64,000 bases of DNA from the NCBI GenBank assembly GCA_037142195.1, contig JBAXBA010000002.1, positions 30,719-94,718 on the forward strand, written 5' to 3'. The notes below the pieces were generated by a model, which saw only the letters and a program-made list of their open reading frames with translations, searched no databases and was not told the origin of the DNA. The translations under genes were made by a program, and so were the position numbers. Source of the DNA: Pseudomonadota bacterium (GTDB taxonomy: Bacteria; Bdellovibrionota_B; Oligoflexia; Oligoflexales; CAIMVM01). Shown here one piece after another: positions 49,258-58,596 of this stretch (position 1 is its first letter; each line of letters opens with the position of its first letter).

Positions 49258-50043
49258 GTGCCCATAAGCCTATTTTCACCCGCTCGTATCCAGTACCTCA
49301 GAGTCGTCATCCTTATGGTAAAGCGTGAGCTTAAAGTCAAATACCGCGGGACTGTACTTGGGTATCTCTGGAGTATGTTAAATCCCCTTCTTTTTATGCT
49401 AACGATTAGCTTTGTTTTTAGTCATATGATGAAGGGAATTCCTAATTACAATTTGTTTGTATTGGCCGGAATTCTGAGCTGGAATCTTTCTAGTGTTGCG
49501 ATTGTGGGAGGAACCCACTCCATTTCCAATAGTGGTCATTTAGTTAGAAAGATAAAAATGCCTATATGGGTTTTTCCTTTGGTGCCTCTGGCATCAGGAG
49601 GAGTTAACTTTCTATTAGCTCTCATTCCCTTTGTGATTGTTTTATACACCAGCGGAAATAGCTTGGGTTTAGGAGTGATTGCACTTCCTGTGGTCTTTCT
49701 CTTGTTTTCTGGTTTTTTATTGGGGGCTGCCTTAGGATTCTCAACTTTAAATGTATTCTTTAAAGATGTGGGACATGTCTTAGAGCCCGTACTTCAGCTT
49801 GTTTTTTATGCTACTCCGATTATTTATGATCGACATAATCCAAGTATCCCAGAGTATGCAGCGAGACTTATAAATCTCAATCCTTTTACTCACTATATTG
49901 AAGCTATGAGAAGCTGCCTGATTTATGGCGAGTTTCCAAGTTTAGTGGAATTTCTAATCATGTCGGTATCTACGGGAGTCTCTCTGGCCATCGGATTTGT
50001 CATCTATAAAAAGGCCAAGAAAAAAATTATCTTTCATGTATAG
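49258..50043 (+). CDS. wzm: Polysaccharide ABC transporter permease
   Basis: RELKVKYRGTVLGYLWSMLNPL, FYATPIIY, NPFT. Confidence 0.93.
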   Translation: MPISLFSPARIQYLRVVILMVKRELKVKYRGTVLGYLWSMLNPLLFMLTISFVFSHMMKGIPNYNLFVLAGILSWNLSSVAIVGGTHSISNSGHLVRKIKMPIWVFPLVPLASGGVNFLLALIPFVIVLYTSGNSLGLGVIALPVVFLLFSGFLLGAALGFSTLNVFFKDVGHVLEPVLQLVFYATPIIYDRHNPSIPEYAARLINLNPFTHYIEAMRSCLIYGEFPSLVEFLIMSVSTGVSLAIGFVIYKKAKKKIIFHV

Positions 50044-50049
50044 GTCAAT

Positions 50050-51360
50050 ATGTCTAATCCTTGGGCTATAGAAGCTTCTAATATCACGGTCGAATATCGC
50101 TCACCCAAATACAAATACACGACTTTTAAAGAGTACGTAATCAATGCGCTTAAAGGCAAAAGTGGATATACCCGCCATAAAGCCTTAGACAATGTCTCGA
50201 TTAGGGTGGCGAAAGGTGAGGCAGTAGCTCTTATTGGCCACAATGGCTGCGGTAAATCAACCCTTTTACGAGTCTTAGCGGGAATTATCGAGCCAGATGG
50301 TGCCATCGTTAAAACTCAAGGCCGCATTGCTCCCATGATTGAGCTTGGCGCAGGTTTCGATCATGAACTAAGCGGCACTGAGAATATCTACCTGTCCTGC
50401 ACTTTAATGGGACTCTCCGAAGCAGAAATTACCGAAAGACTTCCAGAAATAGTTAGATTTGCAGAACTTGAAGAATTTATAGACATGCCCTTTAAGAACT
50501 TTTCTAGCGGTATGCAAGCGAGACTTGGCTTCGCCTGCGCTACGGCTGTAGATCCAGACATCATATTGGCAGACGAAGTGTTAGCAGTGGGAGACTCTAA
50601 CTTTGCCAAGAAATGCCTCCTTAAAATAGATGCCCTTCGACAAAATGGATCTGCGCTTATTTTGGTTTCCCATGATCCGGTCGCTGTAAAGAACTTCTGC
50701 AAAAGGGCTTATGTATTTGAAAATGGCGTCCTTTATTTTGATGGGCCCACTGAAAATGCATTAGAATTCAATAATAAAATCATGGAAAGAAGATTTAAAG
50801 ACAGTCTAACTTTAACGTCGAATTATGGAGTAGGTAGAGCCTTGAACCACCGTTCTGCACCCAAAGTAGAGCCACTCCCTGAAGTTTCTAGATTGACACT
50901 GAAATTAGTCCAATTCAATTCAGTAGTTGAAAATCTTCAAACAGATTCGCCATTTAGCCTGGAATTTTCATTTGACTTGGAAAACGCGAATCAAGTTAAT
51001 GGAACACTCACGTTAGGATTCGCAATTGTTTCAGACGGTGGAATTAGAATTATTGGCGGTAACAACTCGACATTAGGCAACCCTTTAGTAACTTTAGATA
51101 CAAATGCAGCCCAATTTATTCAAGCCTCAATTGAATTTCCTAAAGGTTTAGCTGAGCTAAACTCAGGTACTCATCACCTAGTCTTGGGTATTCACGATAG
51201 CGAATTTTCAAGAACTATATTTTGCGAAGTTTTAGGCAAAATCACATTTGTTAATCCTTTAGATAAATCAAATAAAGACGGCGAACTGATCAATATTTAC
51301 AATCGATGCAAGATGCACATCAGTCAACCCGCATGGAGACACACTATTGAAAATCAATGA
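50050..51360 (+). CDS. wzt: Polysaccharide ABC transporter ATPase with C-terminal carbohydrate-binding domain
   Basis: GHNGCGKST, FSSGMQARLGF, DEVLAVGD, VSHD, and a C-terminal extension of about 190 aa. Confidence 0.93.
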   Translation: MSNPWAIEASNITVEYRSPKYKYTTFKEYVINALKGKSGYTRHKALDNVSIRVAKGEAVALIGHNGCGKSTLLRVLAGIIEPDGAIVKTQGRIAPMIELGAGFDHELSGTENIYLSCTLMGLSEAEITERLPEIVRFAELEEFIDMPFKNFSSGMQARLGFACATAVDPDIILADEVLAVGDSNFAKKCLLKIDALRQNGSALILVSHDPVAVKNFCKRAYVFENGVLYFDGPTENALEFNNKIMERRFKDSLTLTSNYGVGRALNHRSAPKVEPLPEVSRLTLKLVQFNSVVENLQTDSPFSLEFSFDLENANQVNGTLTLGFAIVSDGGIRIIGGNNSTLGNPLVTLDTNAAQFIQASIEFPKGLAELNSGTHHLVLGIHDSEFSRTIFCEVLGKITFVNPLDKSNKDGELINIYNRCKMHISQPAWRHTIENQ

Positions 51361-53281
51361 ATATTTAGATTTTATTTCCACAAAAGGGCAGAGATATTTA
51401 GCCCAACATATTCCTTGGGATTTGGATGGAAATCTATGCTCCGTTGATTCAACTATAAAGGCATTAGTTCTAGATGCCAAACAATCTCAAGAAGCACTAT
51501 ACAAACCGAAATTTTCCATCATCACACCTCTTTACAACACACCGCCGGAGCTACTTGAGAACTTATTGATGAGTTTGAAATGCCAATCTTACTTGAATTG
51601 GGAGATGATATTAAGAGACGACAGCAGTACAAAAAAAGAACATTTAGCTATCGGCCAGACATTCGCCAATGAAGATGACAGATTTAAGCTGACTTTTGGA
51701 GAGCAAAACCTTGGTATTGGAGGGAGCAGAAACAGCTGCATCGATATGGCATCTGGAGACTATATTTTAATTGTGGATCACGACGATCTTATACATCCTA
51801 GATCTCTAATTCTATTCTGGAAATATTTAATTGCAAATCCACATGTTAGCCTCATTTATACGAATGAGTGTAAAATTGACGCCCAGGGTAAGCAGTTGTT
51901 TGATTTCCACTTTAAACCTGAATTTGATCGTTTCACTCTATTGAGAAATAACTATATTTGTCATTTAACTTGTATAAAACATCAGATGTGCAAAACGCTT
52001 GAATCTCGGGATGGATATTTGTTTGCTCAAGATTTAGATGGTGTCGAAGATCATGATTTTTATATTAGACTCACGAGCCTTAGTAATTTCAACGTTTTAC
52101 ACCTCCCCCTATTTCCCTACTATTGGCGCGCTATTGAAGGCAGCACTGCTACTGAAATAAACGCAAAACCGCAGCTATTAAAACGGCGTGAAAAACTACT
52201 AGAGGTCGTAAGTGAGAAGCAATACGGTAACGGCCATTTTGTAAAGAGAATGCCAAGTAATTCAACTCACTTTCAAACCGTAAGTATTTTTCCAAAATTG
52301 AAGGACACCAACCAAGCAATTCTTGTCATCATCCCATTTTTTAATAACTCTGAAATTACTTTGAGGTGCCTTGAAAAATTAAAGCAGCAAACCGCATCGA
52401 AATTTCTTAAAGTATGCTTGGTTGACAATAATTCTAGCCAGCATCATTTGAAAATAATTTCGGATTGGTGCGCTGCCAATCCTGCTATATCCTCAAAAAT
52501 TCATTCCTATCCTTATGCATTTAATTTTGCCAAGATTAACAATCAAGCCTTTGACCTCTATTCTAATGATTGCACCCATGTTCTTTTTTTGAACAACGAT
52601 GTTGAAATTGAATCCCCCGATGCAATTGAAGTCATGGCGGCTCATTTAAATGCTCATAAAGAATGCGCCTTTGCAGGAATTCTTCTTAAATTTCCTAGTG
52701 GAAAAATCCAGCATGGTGGGATTAGAATAGATCCTATTTTGGAGGGGTGTGGACAGTTTAGTATTAGATATTCAACTCATGCAGAACAGCTGGTTTTTGA
52801 AGAAAGAGTGGCAATGGGAGTCACTTTTGCATGTTCGATGTCAAAAACAGGAACATTTCAAACACTTGGAAAACTAGACGAATCTATACTGCCAAATGGC
52901 TACGGCGATGTGGAGATTTGTCTTCGCGCGTCAAAATTGGGACTGAAATGCCACTATTTTGGTACCCTAGAAGGCACTCACCACGAGTCACTTTCTAGGT
53001 CCAAAGTGAATGAAAGTATTGAATTTCTCTATATCAATGAAAAGCATTCTTCAGAAATTTTTAAATGGAGACATCGAAGCATGGAGTTTTCTCAAACTGG
53101 ATACTCCGAATGGGAAAGTAAAGTTCGCAGCCATCCCTTAAGATACAAATTAGCTGACAATATAAATGACTTCCTTAAGCCCTTAGGGTTCTTGCATAAG
53201 TCAATAAAGCTTCTTTTTGAACTTAAAAAGAAATTGAAATTGCGATCACGTTACGTCTCAGAAATATCGGGGATTTTATGA
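51347..53281 (+). CDS. Two-domain GT2 glycosyltransferase (rhamnan/O-antigen synthase type)
   Basis: SIITPLYNT...DHDD...NYICHL and a second domain FNFAKINN...LFLNND...IQHGG. Confidence 0.88.
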   Translation: MKINEYLDFISTKGQRYLAQHIPWDLDGNLCSVDSTIKALVLDAKQSQEALYKPKFSIITPLYNTPPELLENLLMSLKCQSYLNWEMILRDDSSTKKEHLAIGQTFANEDDRFKLTFGEQNLGIGGSRNSCIDMASGDYILIVDHDDLIHPRSLILFWKYLIANPHVSLIYTNECKIDAQGKQLFDFHFKPEFDRFTLLRNNYICHLTCIKHQMCKTLESRDGYLFAQDLDGVEDHDFYIRLTSLSNFNVLHLPLFPYYWRAIEGSTATEINAKPQLLKRREKLLEVVSEKQYGNGHFVKRMPSNSTHFQTVSIFPKLKDTNQAILVIIPFFNNSEITLRCLEKLKQQTASKFLKVCLVDNNSSQHHLKIISDWCAANPAISSKIHSYPYAFNFAKINNQAFDLYSNDCTHVLFLNNDVEIESPDAIEVMAAHLNAHKECAFAGILLKFPSGKIQHGGIRIDPILEGCGQFSIRYSTHAEQLVFEERVAMGVTFACSMSKTGTFQTLGKLDESILPNGYGDVEICLRASKLGLKCHYFGTLEGTHHESLSRSKVNESIEFLYINEKHSSEIFKWRHRSMEFSQTGYSEWESKVRSHPLRYKLADNINDFLKPLGFLHKSIKLLFELKKKLKLRSRYVSEISGIL

Positions 53282-54243
53282 ATTTCATTAGACAATTACG
53301 TACTAAGATAAAAATACGAACTAGAATTAAGATATTTCTCGAATTGTTATACAACCTAATCCCAGTCTCTTTACTTGAAATCGAGTCCTATCGCCAAGCT
53401 AACGCTTCTATAAACAAAAAAGTTTGCTTTTTTGCGGCTTGGGATCCTGAAGGTATTGTCGACAAATATGTTCTTAAATACCTTGATGAATTAGTTAAGG
53501 AAGAATTTGACATCTATTTTATTACCTCTGCGCCGAATTCATTTACACCTGAAAATTTGATAGAGTTGAAGAAAAGATGTATTTTTATCTCTAGGCGCTT
53601 AAATTTTGGACTTGATTTTGCTTCATGGAAACTTTGCTACTTAAAAATGCCAAAATCTCATACTTATGAAGAACTACTTCTTACTAACGACTCTATATTT
53701 GGTCCGATTTTTCCCCTATCGGAAACGTTTAGAAAAATAGAGGGCATGAAGGAGGATGTAATTGGTTTGACCGATAACTATCAGCGATCCCACCATCTTC
53801 AATCTTATTTTTTATATTTTAATAGAAAGTCTTTTTCGCAATTTATGCCGAATTTTCTTAAGTCAATTAAAGTCATGCGAGATAAAGACCTTATAATTGA
53901 AAAATATGAAGTCGGGCTTTCAAAATTGCTAGTTGGTGCTGGATACAAACTGGGGTCTGTTTTTCCAGTTGACAATACTATTGAAAAAGTAAGGGAATTA
54001 AAACTTCAAACTAATTTTGGTGATCTAAAATCTGGATTTGCGGTTAATTCAACCGCTGTTTTTTGGCATGTACTTGTTGAGCAGTTTAGATTTCCCTTTC
54101 TTAAGAGAGAAGTTTTGACTAAAGACGTTGTGCCCATAAAATACATAGAGAATTGGCAATTATTTTTAAATAAATATAATCAAGAGCTGTCACAAATAAT
54201 TGATAGCTACCTTTGCAGAACGGTTAAAAATTATAGAAAATAG
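53278..54243 (+). CDS. Rhamnan synthesis F (RgpF)-family protein
   Basis: RLNFGLDFASW, LLLTNDSIFGP, HLQSYFLYF, YEVGLS, PFLKR. Confidence 0.85.
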   Translation: MNFIRQLRTKIKIRTRIKIFLELLYNLIPVSLLEIESYRQANASINKKVCFFAAWDPEGIVDKYVLKYLDELVKEEFDIYFITSAPNSFTPENLIELKKRCIFISRRLNFGLDFASWKLCYLKMPKSHTYEELLLTNDSIFGPIFPLSETFRKIEGMKEDVIGLTDNYQRSHHLQSYFLYFNRKSFSQFMPNFLKSIKVMRDKDLIIEKYEVGLSKLLVGAGYKLGSVFPVDNTIEKVRELKLQTNFGDLKSGFAVNSTAVFWHVLVEQFRFPFLKREVLTKDVVPIKYIENWQLFLNKYNQELSQIIDSYLCRTVKNYRK

Positions 54244-54437
54244 TTTTTTGTTTGGCTAATGGAAATTTAGTTGAATTTCTTTATATTGCCCATTTTGAGG
54301 TTTTGGACGACACTCAAATGAATGATTATATCGGCCGTTTTTTAACAAAATCGGCGGCATAAGCTCAACGGACTCGAAATTTAAGCATTAAGGCAAATGC
54401 GAACTTATGCTTTTTAACAATTTACTATGGAGTTTTT

Positions 54438-55733
54438 GTGCAAAGCCAAATCTCGGTAGCCGTTCTTGGAGCTGGCCCTATGGGCTTAGCAGCGGCTTTT
54501 CAGCTAGCGAAGGATGGTCTTAAGCCTATTATCTTCGAAGGAGCCGATCGCATTGGCGGCATGACCGCAACCTTTGACTTCGGCGGGCTTAATATCGAAC
54601 GCTACTATCATTTCCATTGCACGAGCGATGTCGACTTCATGAAACTACTAGACGAGCTTGGAATTCGTGAAAAATTACAATGGAAAGCCACTAAAATGGG
54701 CTTCTATTATAAAACTAGGTTGTCTCCTTGGGGAAATCCCATAGCTCTTTTAACATTTCCAGGCGTAAGCCTAATCTCAAAAATTCGCTATGGAATTCAT
54801 GCTTTTTATTGCATCAAGCTCAAAAACTGGAAAAACCTGGATAGCCTAGAATCGACAGCTTGGATTCGCCGTTGGATAGGGGAAGAGGGTTTCAAAGTAT
54901 GGTGGGAAAAACTATTCGAATATAAATTTTATAACTATGCGTCGGAGCTCTCCGCAGCTTGGATTTGGAGCCGAATCAGACGGATTGGAACCTCAAGATA
55001 TAATCTTTTTCAAGAAAAGTTAGGCTATCTGGAAGGCGGATCAGAAACGTTTTTAACTGCCATGAAGACCTATATTGAATCCCGCGGAGGTGAATTTAGG
55101 CTAGGAGAGCCTGCCATTCAGATACTTCACACAGGAGATCGGCTGTCTGGCATTCAAACTCCAAAAGGGACTTACGAATTTGAAAAAGTCGTGAGTACAA
55201 TCCCCCTTTGCTATATCCCAAGTATTTTGCCAAACCTTCAAAAAGATCTTCTAGATAAGTTCAAAGCTCAAAAAAGTATCGCCGTGGTATGTGTCATTGT
55301 AAAACTTAAGAAACAAGTCACTGAAAACTTTTGGGTCAATATCAATGATGACGATATGGATATCCCTGGCATGGTGGAGTATTCTAATCTTAGACCTCTA
55401 GACTGCACCATTGTTTATGTTCCTTATTACATGCCGTCAGAACATCCTAAATATGCAGAAATTGACGAAGTCTTTGGCGCGAAAGTAAAGCTGTACTTAA
55501 AGAAAATGAATCCCTCACTGACGGATACCGACTTTGTAGAAATCAAATGCAATCGCTACAAATACGCACAGCCCATTTGTGGGCCGAAATTTCTAGACAC
55601 ACTTCCGCCTTATTCGCTTCCGATCAAAGATTTGTATGTCGCCGACACCACCTACTATTATCCTGAAGATCGAGGAATATCGGAAAGTATAGGCTTCGGT
55701 AGAAAACTCGCTAAAGAGTTGACTAAAAACTAG
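54438..55733 (+). CDS. NAD(P)/FAD-dependent oxidoreductase (HemY/amine-oxidase fold)
   Basis: VLGAGPMGLAAA, RIGGM, ERYYHF, YAQP, YPEDRGISES. Confidence 0.88.
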   Translation: MQSQISVAVLGAGPMGLAAAFQLAKDGLKPIIFEGADRIGGMTATFDFGGLNIERYYHFHCTSDVDFMKLLDELGIREKLQWKATKMGFYYKTRLSPWGNPIALLTFPGVSLISKIRYGIHAFYCIKLKNWKNLDSLESTAWIRRWIGEEGFKVWWEKLFEYKFYNYASELSAAWIWSRIRRIGTSRYNLFQEKLGYLEGGSETFLTAMKTYIESRGGEFRLGEPAIQILHTGDRLSGIQTPKGTYEFEKVVSTIPLCYIPSILPNLQKDLLDKFKAQKSIAVVCVIVKLKKQVTENFWVNINDDDMDIPGMVEYSNLRPLDCTIVYVPYYMPSEHPKYAEIDEVFGAKVKLYLKKMNPSLTDTDFVEIKCNRYKYAQPICGPKFLDTLPPYSLPIKDLYVADTTYYYPEDRGISESIGFGRKLAKELTKN

Positions 55734-55770
55734 GAATTCTTGCAAAGTAAAAATTTCGAGAAGGCGCTTT

Positions 55771-57417
55771 ATGATCAAGACTAAAAAATCAATTTATTTT
55801 TTCACTGTTGCAGTGCAAATTTTCTTTTTATGCCTTTCCTTGATTAAAAGTTACTCACCAATCCCCACAAATGATATGTGGGACTCCTATTTGGGATTTA
55901 TGGATAAATTGAGTGTCGGTCAATTTAGTGCTTGGTGGGACCAGCATAATGAACACCGCATATTTCTAGCGAGGCTTTTCTTTTGGGCAGACATTACCTG
56001 GTTTCACGGTAGCGGCATATTTCTGATATTTTCCAATATTTTCGCACTGGCGAGTACGACCTTTATGCTTCTTTGGTGGTCACGTGCTTTATTGAAAACA
56101 GGCTATGAAAAAAATCTAGATCATTTTCTGATTTATTCTTGGATTACAATCGCCTGTACTTCTTGGATTCAACACGAAAATCTGTCTTGGGGATTTCAAA
56201 TTCAGTTCATTTTGGCACAACTTATTCCTCTTATTTCATTTTATTTAATGTCGGTTTATAGCGAAAATTCAAAATATTGGAGATTTCTGTATCTCTCCTA
56301 TCTAGGTGGAGCCATGTCCCTTTTGACCATGGGAAATGGAGTTTTAGTGCTCCCGCTTTTATTGATTCAAATGTTTTTTTTAAATTTACCCCCTAGACTC
56401 ATAGTATTCTTTGGCTTGGCGAGCCTACCCCCCCTTTTATTGTATTTTATTGATTATCATGCAATCGCAGGTCACGACTCCATTGTGAGAGTATTGCGCG
56501 AAAATCCATTAGGCTTATTAGAGTACATAGTCGTGTATTTTGGTGGACCAATGAACTACCTCATTCATTTTGGAAAAATGAAAATTCTAGCATGTGCAGC
56601 TTTTGGCTCCCTATTTATATTGTTGTCTCTTTTTAAATTATCCCGACTTTTTTGGAGCAAACTAAGTCCACTCTATATCGGCCTTTTGGTTTATTTGGGC
56701 TACCTAATCGTATCAGCAATAGGTACAGGTGGCGGGCGATTGAAGTTTGGTATAGACCAGGCTCTTTCTAGTCGCTATCAAACACCTGTGTTGTTTGCCT
56801 GGGTTGCTCTTGCCCTAATTTACCTCCCTGAGATGGCAAAGGTGAAAAGAAAGTGTTTTTTGTTGTTTCCTATGGCTTTGTTGGTGTTTTTATTCCTATC
56901 CTACAACATTCGCAAATCCGGCCATGCAGATTCCAATCATACCGCTAAAGAATTAGCTATGGTAGCCTTAAACGTTGGGGTATTTGATCGAGATGTCCTC
57001 CTCAATGTTTATCCATTTACGGAATCTCTATTTGAACGATTTTCCAAAACAAGTAGCCCGACCTTTTCTAAGCTTGGAGGATATTTACCAAAGGGCATGT
57101 ATCTCGATACGCTAAATCGTCCTAACAATCTTGAGCACCAATGTAAACTGCCATTAAATGATTTTAAAAGTGAGCGTGTGGACTTAAATTCATTTTCTAT
57201 CTCTGCTGAAATCGACACATCAGTGGCTGAATATATAAACGCCTCGTATTTTTTAGCTCTGAATGATGGACAATTTGTAGGTGCTATCACCCAAGTTCAA
57301 GACGACACCTCGATCTTTAGAAGAGCTACGAATAGGTATCACGGATACATCAAGGTCAGTGATTCAGACGCCCTTAACCATCTTTCATGGCTTTGTACGG
57401 CGCCAAATTTAAACTAG
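55771..57417 (+). CDS. GT-C-like membrane glycosyltransferase
   Basis: P-x-x-DMWD, WDQHNEHRIF, ENLSWGFQ and SSRY motifs; many TMs. Confidence 0.65.
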   Translation: MIKTKKSIYFFTVAVQIFFLCLSLIKSYSPIPTNDMWDSYLGFMDKLSVGQFSAWWDQHNEHRIFLARLFFWADITWFHGSGIFLIFSNIFALASTTFMLLWWSRALLKTGYEKNLDHFLIYSWITIACTSWIQHENLSWGFQIQFILAQLIPLISFYLMSVYSENSKYWRFLYLSYLGGAMSLLTMGNGVLVLPLLLIQMFFLNLPPRLIVFFGLASLPPLLLYFIDYHAIAGHDSIVRVLRENPLGLLEYIVVYFGGPMNYLIHFGKMKILACAAFGSLFILLSLFKLSRLFWSKLSPLYIGLLVYLGYLIVSAIGTGGGRLKFGIDQALSSRYQTPVLFAWVALALIYLPEMAKVKRKCFLLFPMALLVFLFLSYNIRKSGHADSNHTAKELAMVALNVGVFDRDVLLNVYPFTESLFERFSKTSSPTFSKLGGYLPKGMYLDTLNRPNNLEHQCKLPLNDFKSERVDLNSFSISAEIDTSVAEYINASYFLALNDGQFVGAITQVQDDTSIFRRATNRYHGYIKVSDSDALNHLSWLCTAPNLN

Positions 57418-57586
57418 GCTTTTTTTGTATCTTTGTTTCCAAATTTTAATGATTTTAAAGTTTTGAGTTAAGTGAATGATTTGCTTTCTAGTAGGGACTT
57501 ACTCTTGAATTGATGTAAAATACCTCTCTTTCGGGAGGAATCACTCATGTTTTCAACATTTATAATATTTTTCGCTAGAGCCTATC

Positions 57587-58564
57587 ATGTCTAAAACTTT
57601 ATCAGTCGTTCTCCCTTGCTTCAATGAAGCCGAAGTGATTGGAAAGACCTTTGAAAGGCTGGTTTCCGCCTTAGAAAAGGTAGCCCTTTCTGAAGGCCTC
57701 AAATATCAGCTGGTTTTTGTCAATGATGGCTCTAAAGATTCGACCTTGGCTCAGCTTCATGCCTTAGCCAAATCCGGGACATTTCAAAACGGTGTGGTGG
57801 ATATCATCTCCCTTTCTAGAAACTTTGGGCATCAACTGGCCTTAACCGCTGGTCTAAGATTTGCGATCGGTGACGGGATTATTTCCATCGATGCGGATCT
57901 CCAAGACCCCCCTGAGGTGATCCACGAAATGGTGAGGCTCTGGCTAGGTGGCGCCGATGTGGTCTATGCCGTCAGAAAAGAGCGGCCTGGAGAAACGGCC
58001 TTTAAACTCTGGACAGCAAGTCTTTTTTACAAAGCTCTTTCTCGCTTCACCGAGACCGACATCCCTAAAAATACGGGAGACTTTAGACTGATGAGCCGAA
58101 GGGTTCTGGATATCTTTAATGCTATGCCCGAGAGGCACCGTTTTATTAGAGGTTTGATTCCTTGGATTGGTTTTAAACAAATTCCTTATGAGTACGATCG
58201 AGATGAAAGGGCTGCGGGAGAAACCAAATATCCTTTTAAGCGCATGCTCAAGCTGGCCATAGATGCCTTTACTTCCTTTAGTCACGTGCCTTTAAAAATC
58301 GCTTATTACACCGGTCTAACTTTTGCTCTTTTGAGTTTTGTATTTGCCGGTTGGGTCGTCGTATCGCATTTTCTCCTCCATAGCACCGTACCCGGCTGGT
58401 CTTCCCTTATGGTCGCCGTTCTGGTCCTTGGAAGTTTGAACCTTCTGGTCTTAGGCATCCATGGAGAGTATATCGGCCGGATCTATGATCAATCGAAGGG
58501 AAGGCCCATTTACTTGGTAGATTTTGAAGCTAGTCGGATTCATGAGCTACCGCACCTTAAATAG
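57587..58564 (+). CDS. GT2 polyprenyl-phosphate glycosyltransferase (GtrB-like)
   Basis: PCFNE, VNDGSKD, LSRNFGHQ, DADLQDPP, TGDFRLM, two TMs, GEYIGRIY. Confidence 0.92.
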   Translation: MSKTLSVVLPCFNEAEVIGKTFERLVSALEKVALSEGLKYQLVFVNDGSKDSTLAQLHALAKSGTFQNGVVDIISLSRNFGHQLALTAGLRFAIGDGIISIDADLQDPPEVIHEMVRLWLGGADVVYAVRKERPGETAFKLWTASLFYKALSRFTETDIPKNTGDFRLMSRRVLDIFNAMPERHRFIRGLIPWIGFKQIPYEYDRDERAAGETKYPFKRMLKLAIDAFTSFSHVPLKIAYYTGLTFALLSFVFAGWVVVSHFLLHSTVPGWSSLMVAVLVLGSLNLLVLGIHGEYIGRIYDQSKGRPIYLVDFEASRIHELPHLK

Positions 58565-58596
58565 AAACGATTACGGACAGACTTAAAGCGGGACCT

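Noticed and set aside
54438..55733. hemY protoporphyrinogen oxidase or glf UDP-galactopyranose mutase
   Set aside because: Only the FAD-binding fold is shared; no haem genes nearby and the Glf HxYGxHIFH motif is absent.
56372..56434. Homopolymer tracts (T8, C7) as phase-variation switches
   Set aside because: Runs of 7-9 are common across this AT-rich window and the frames are intact.
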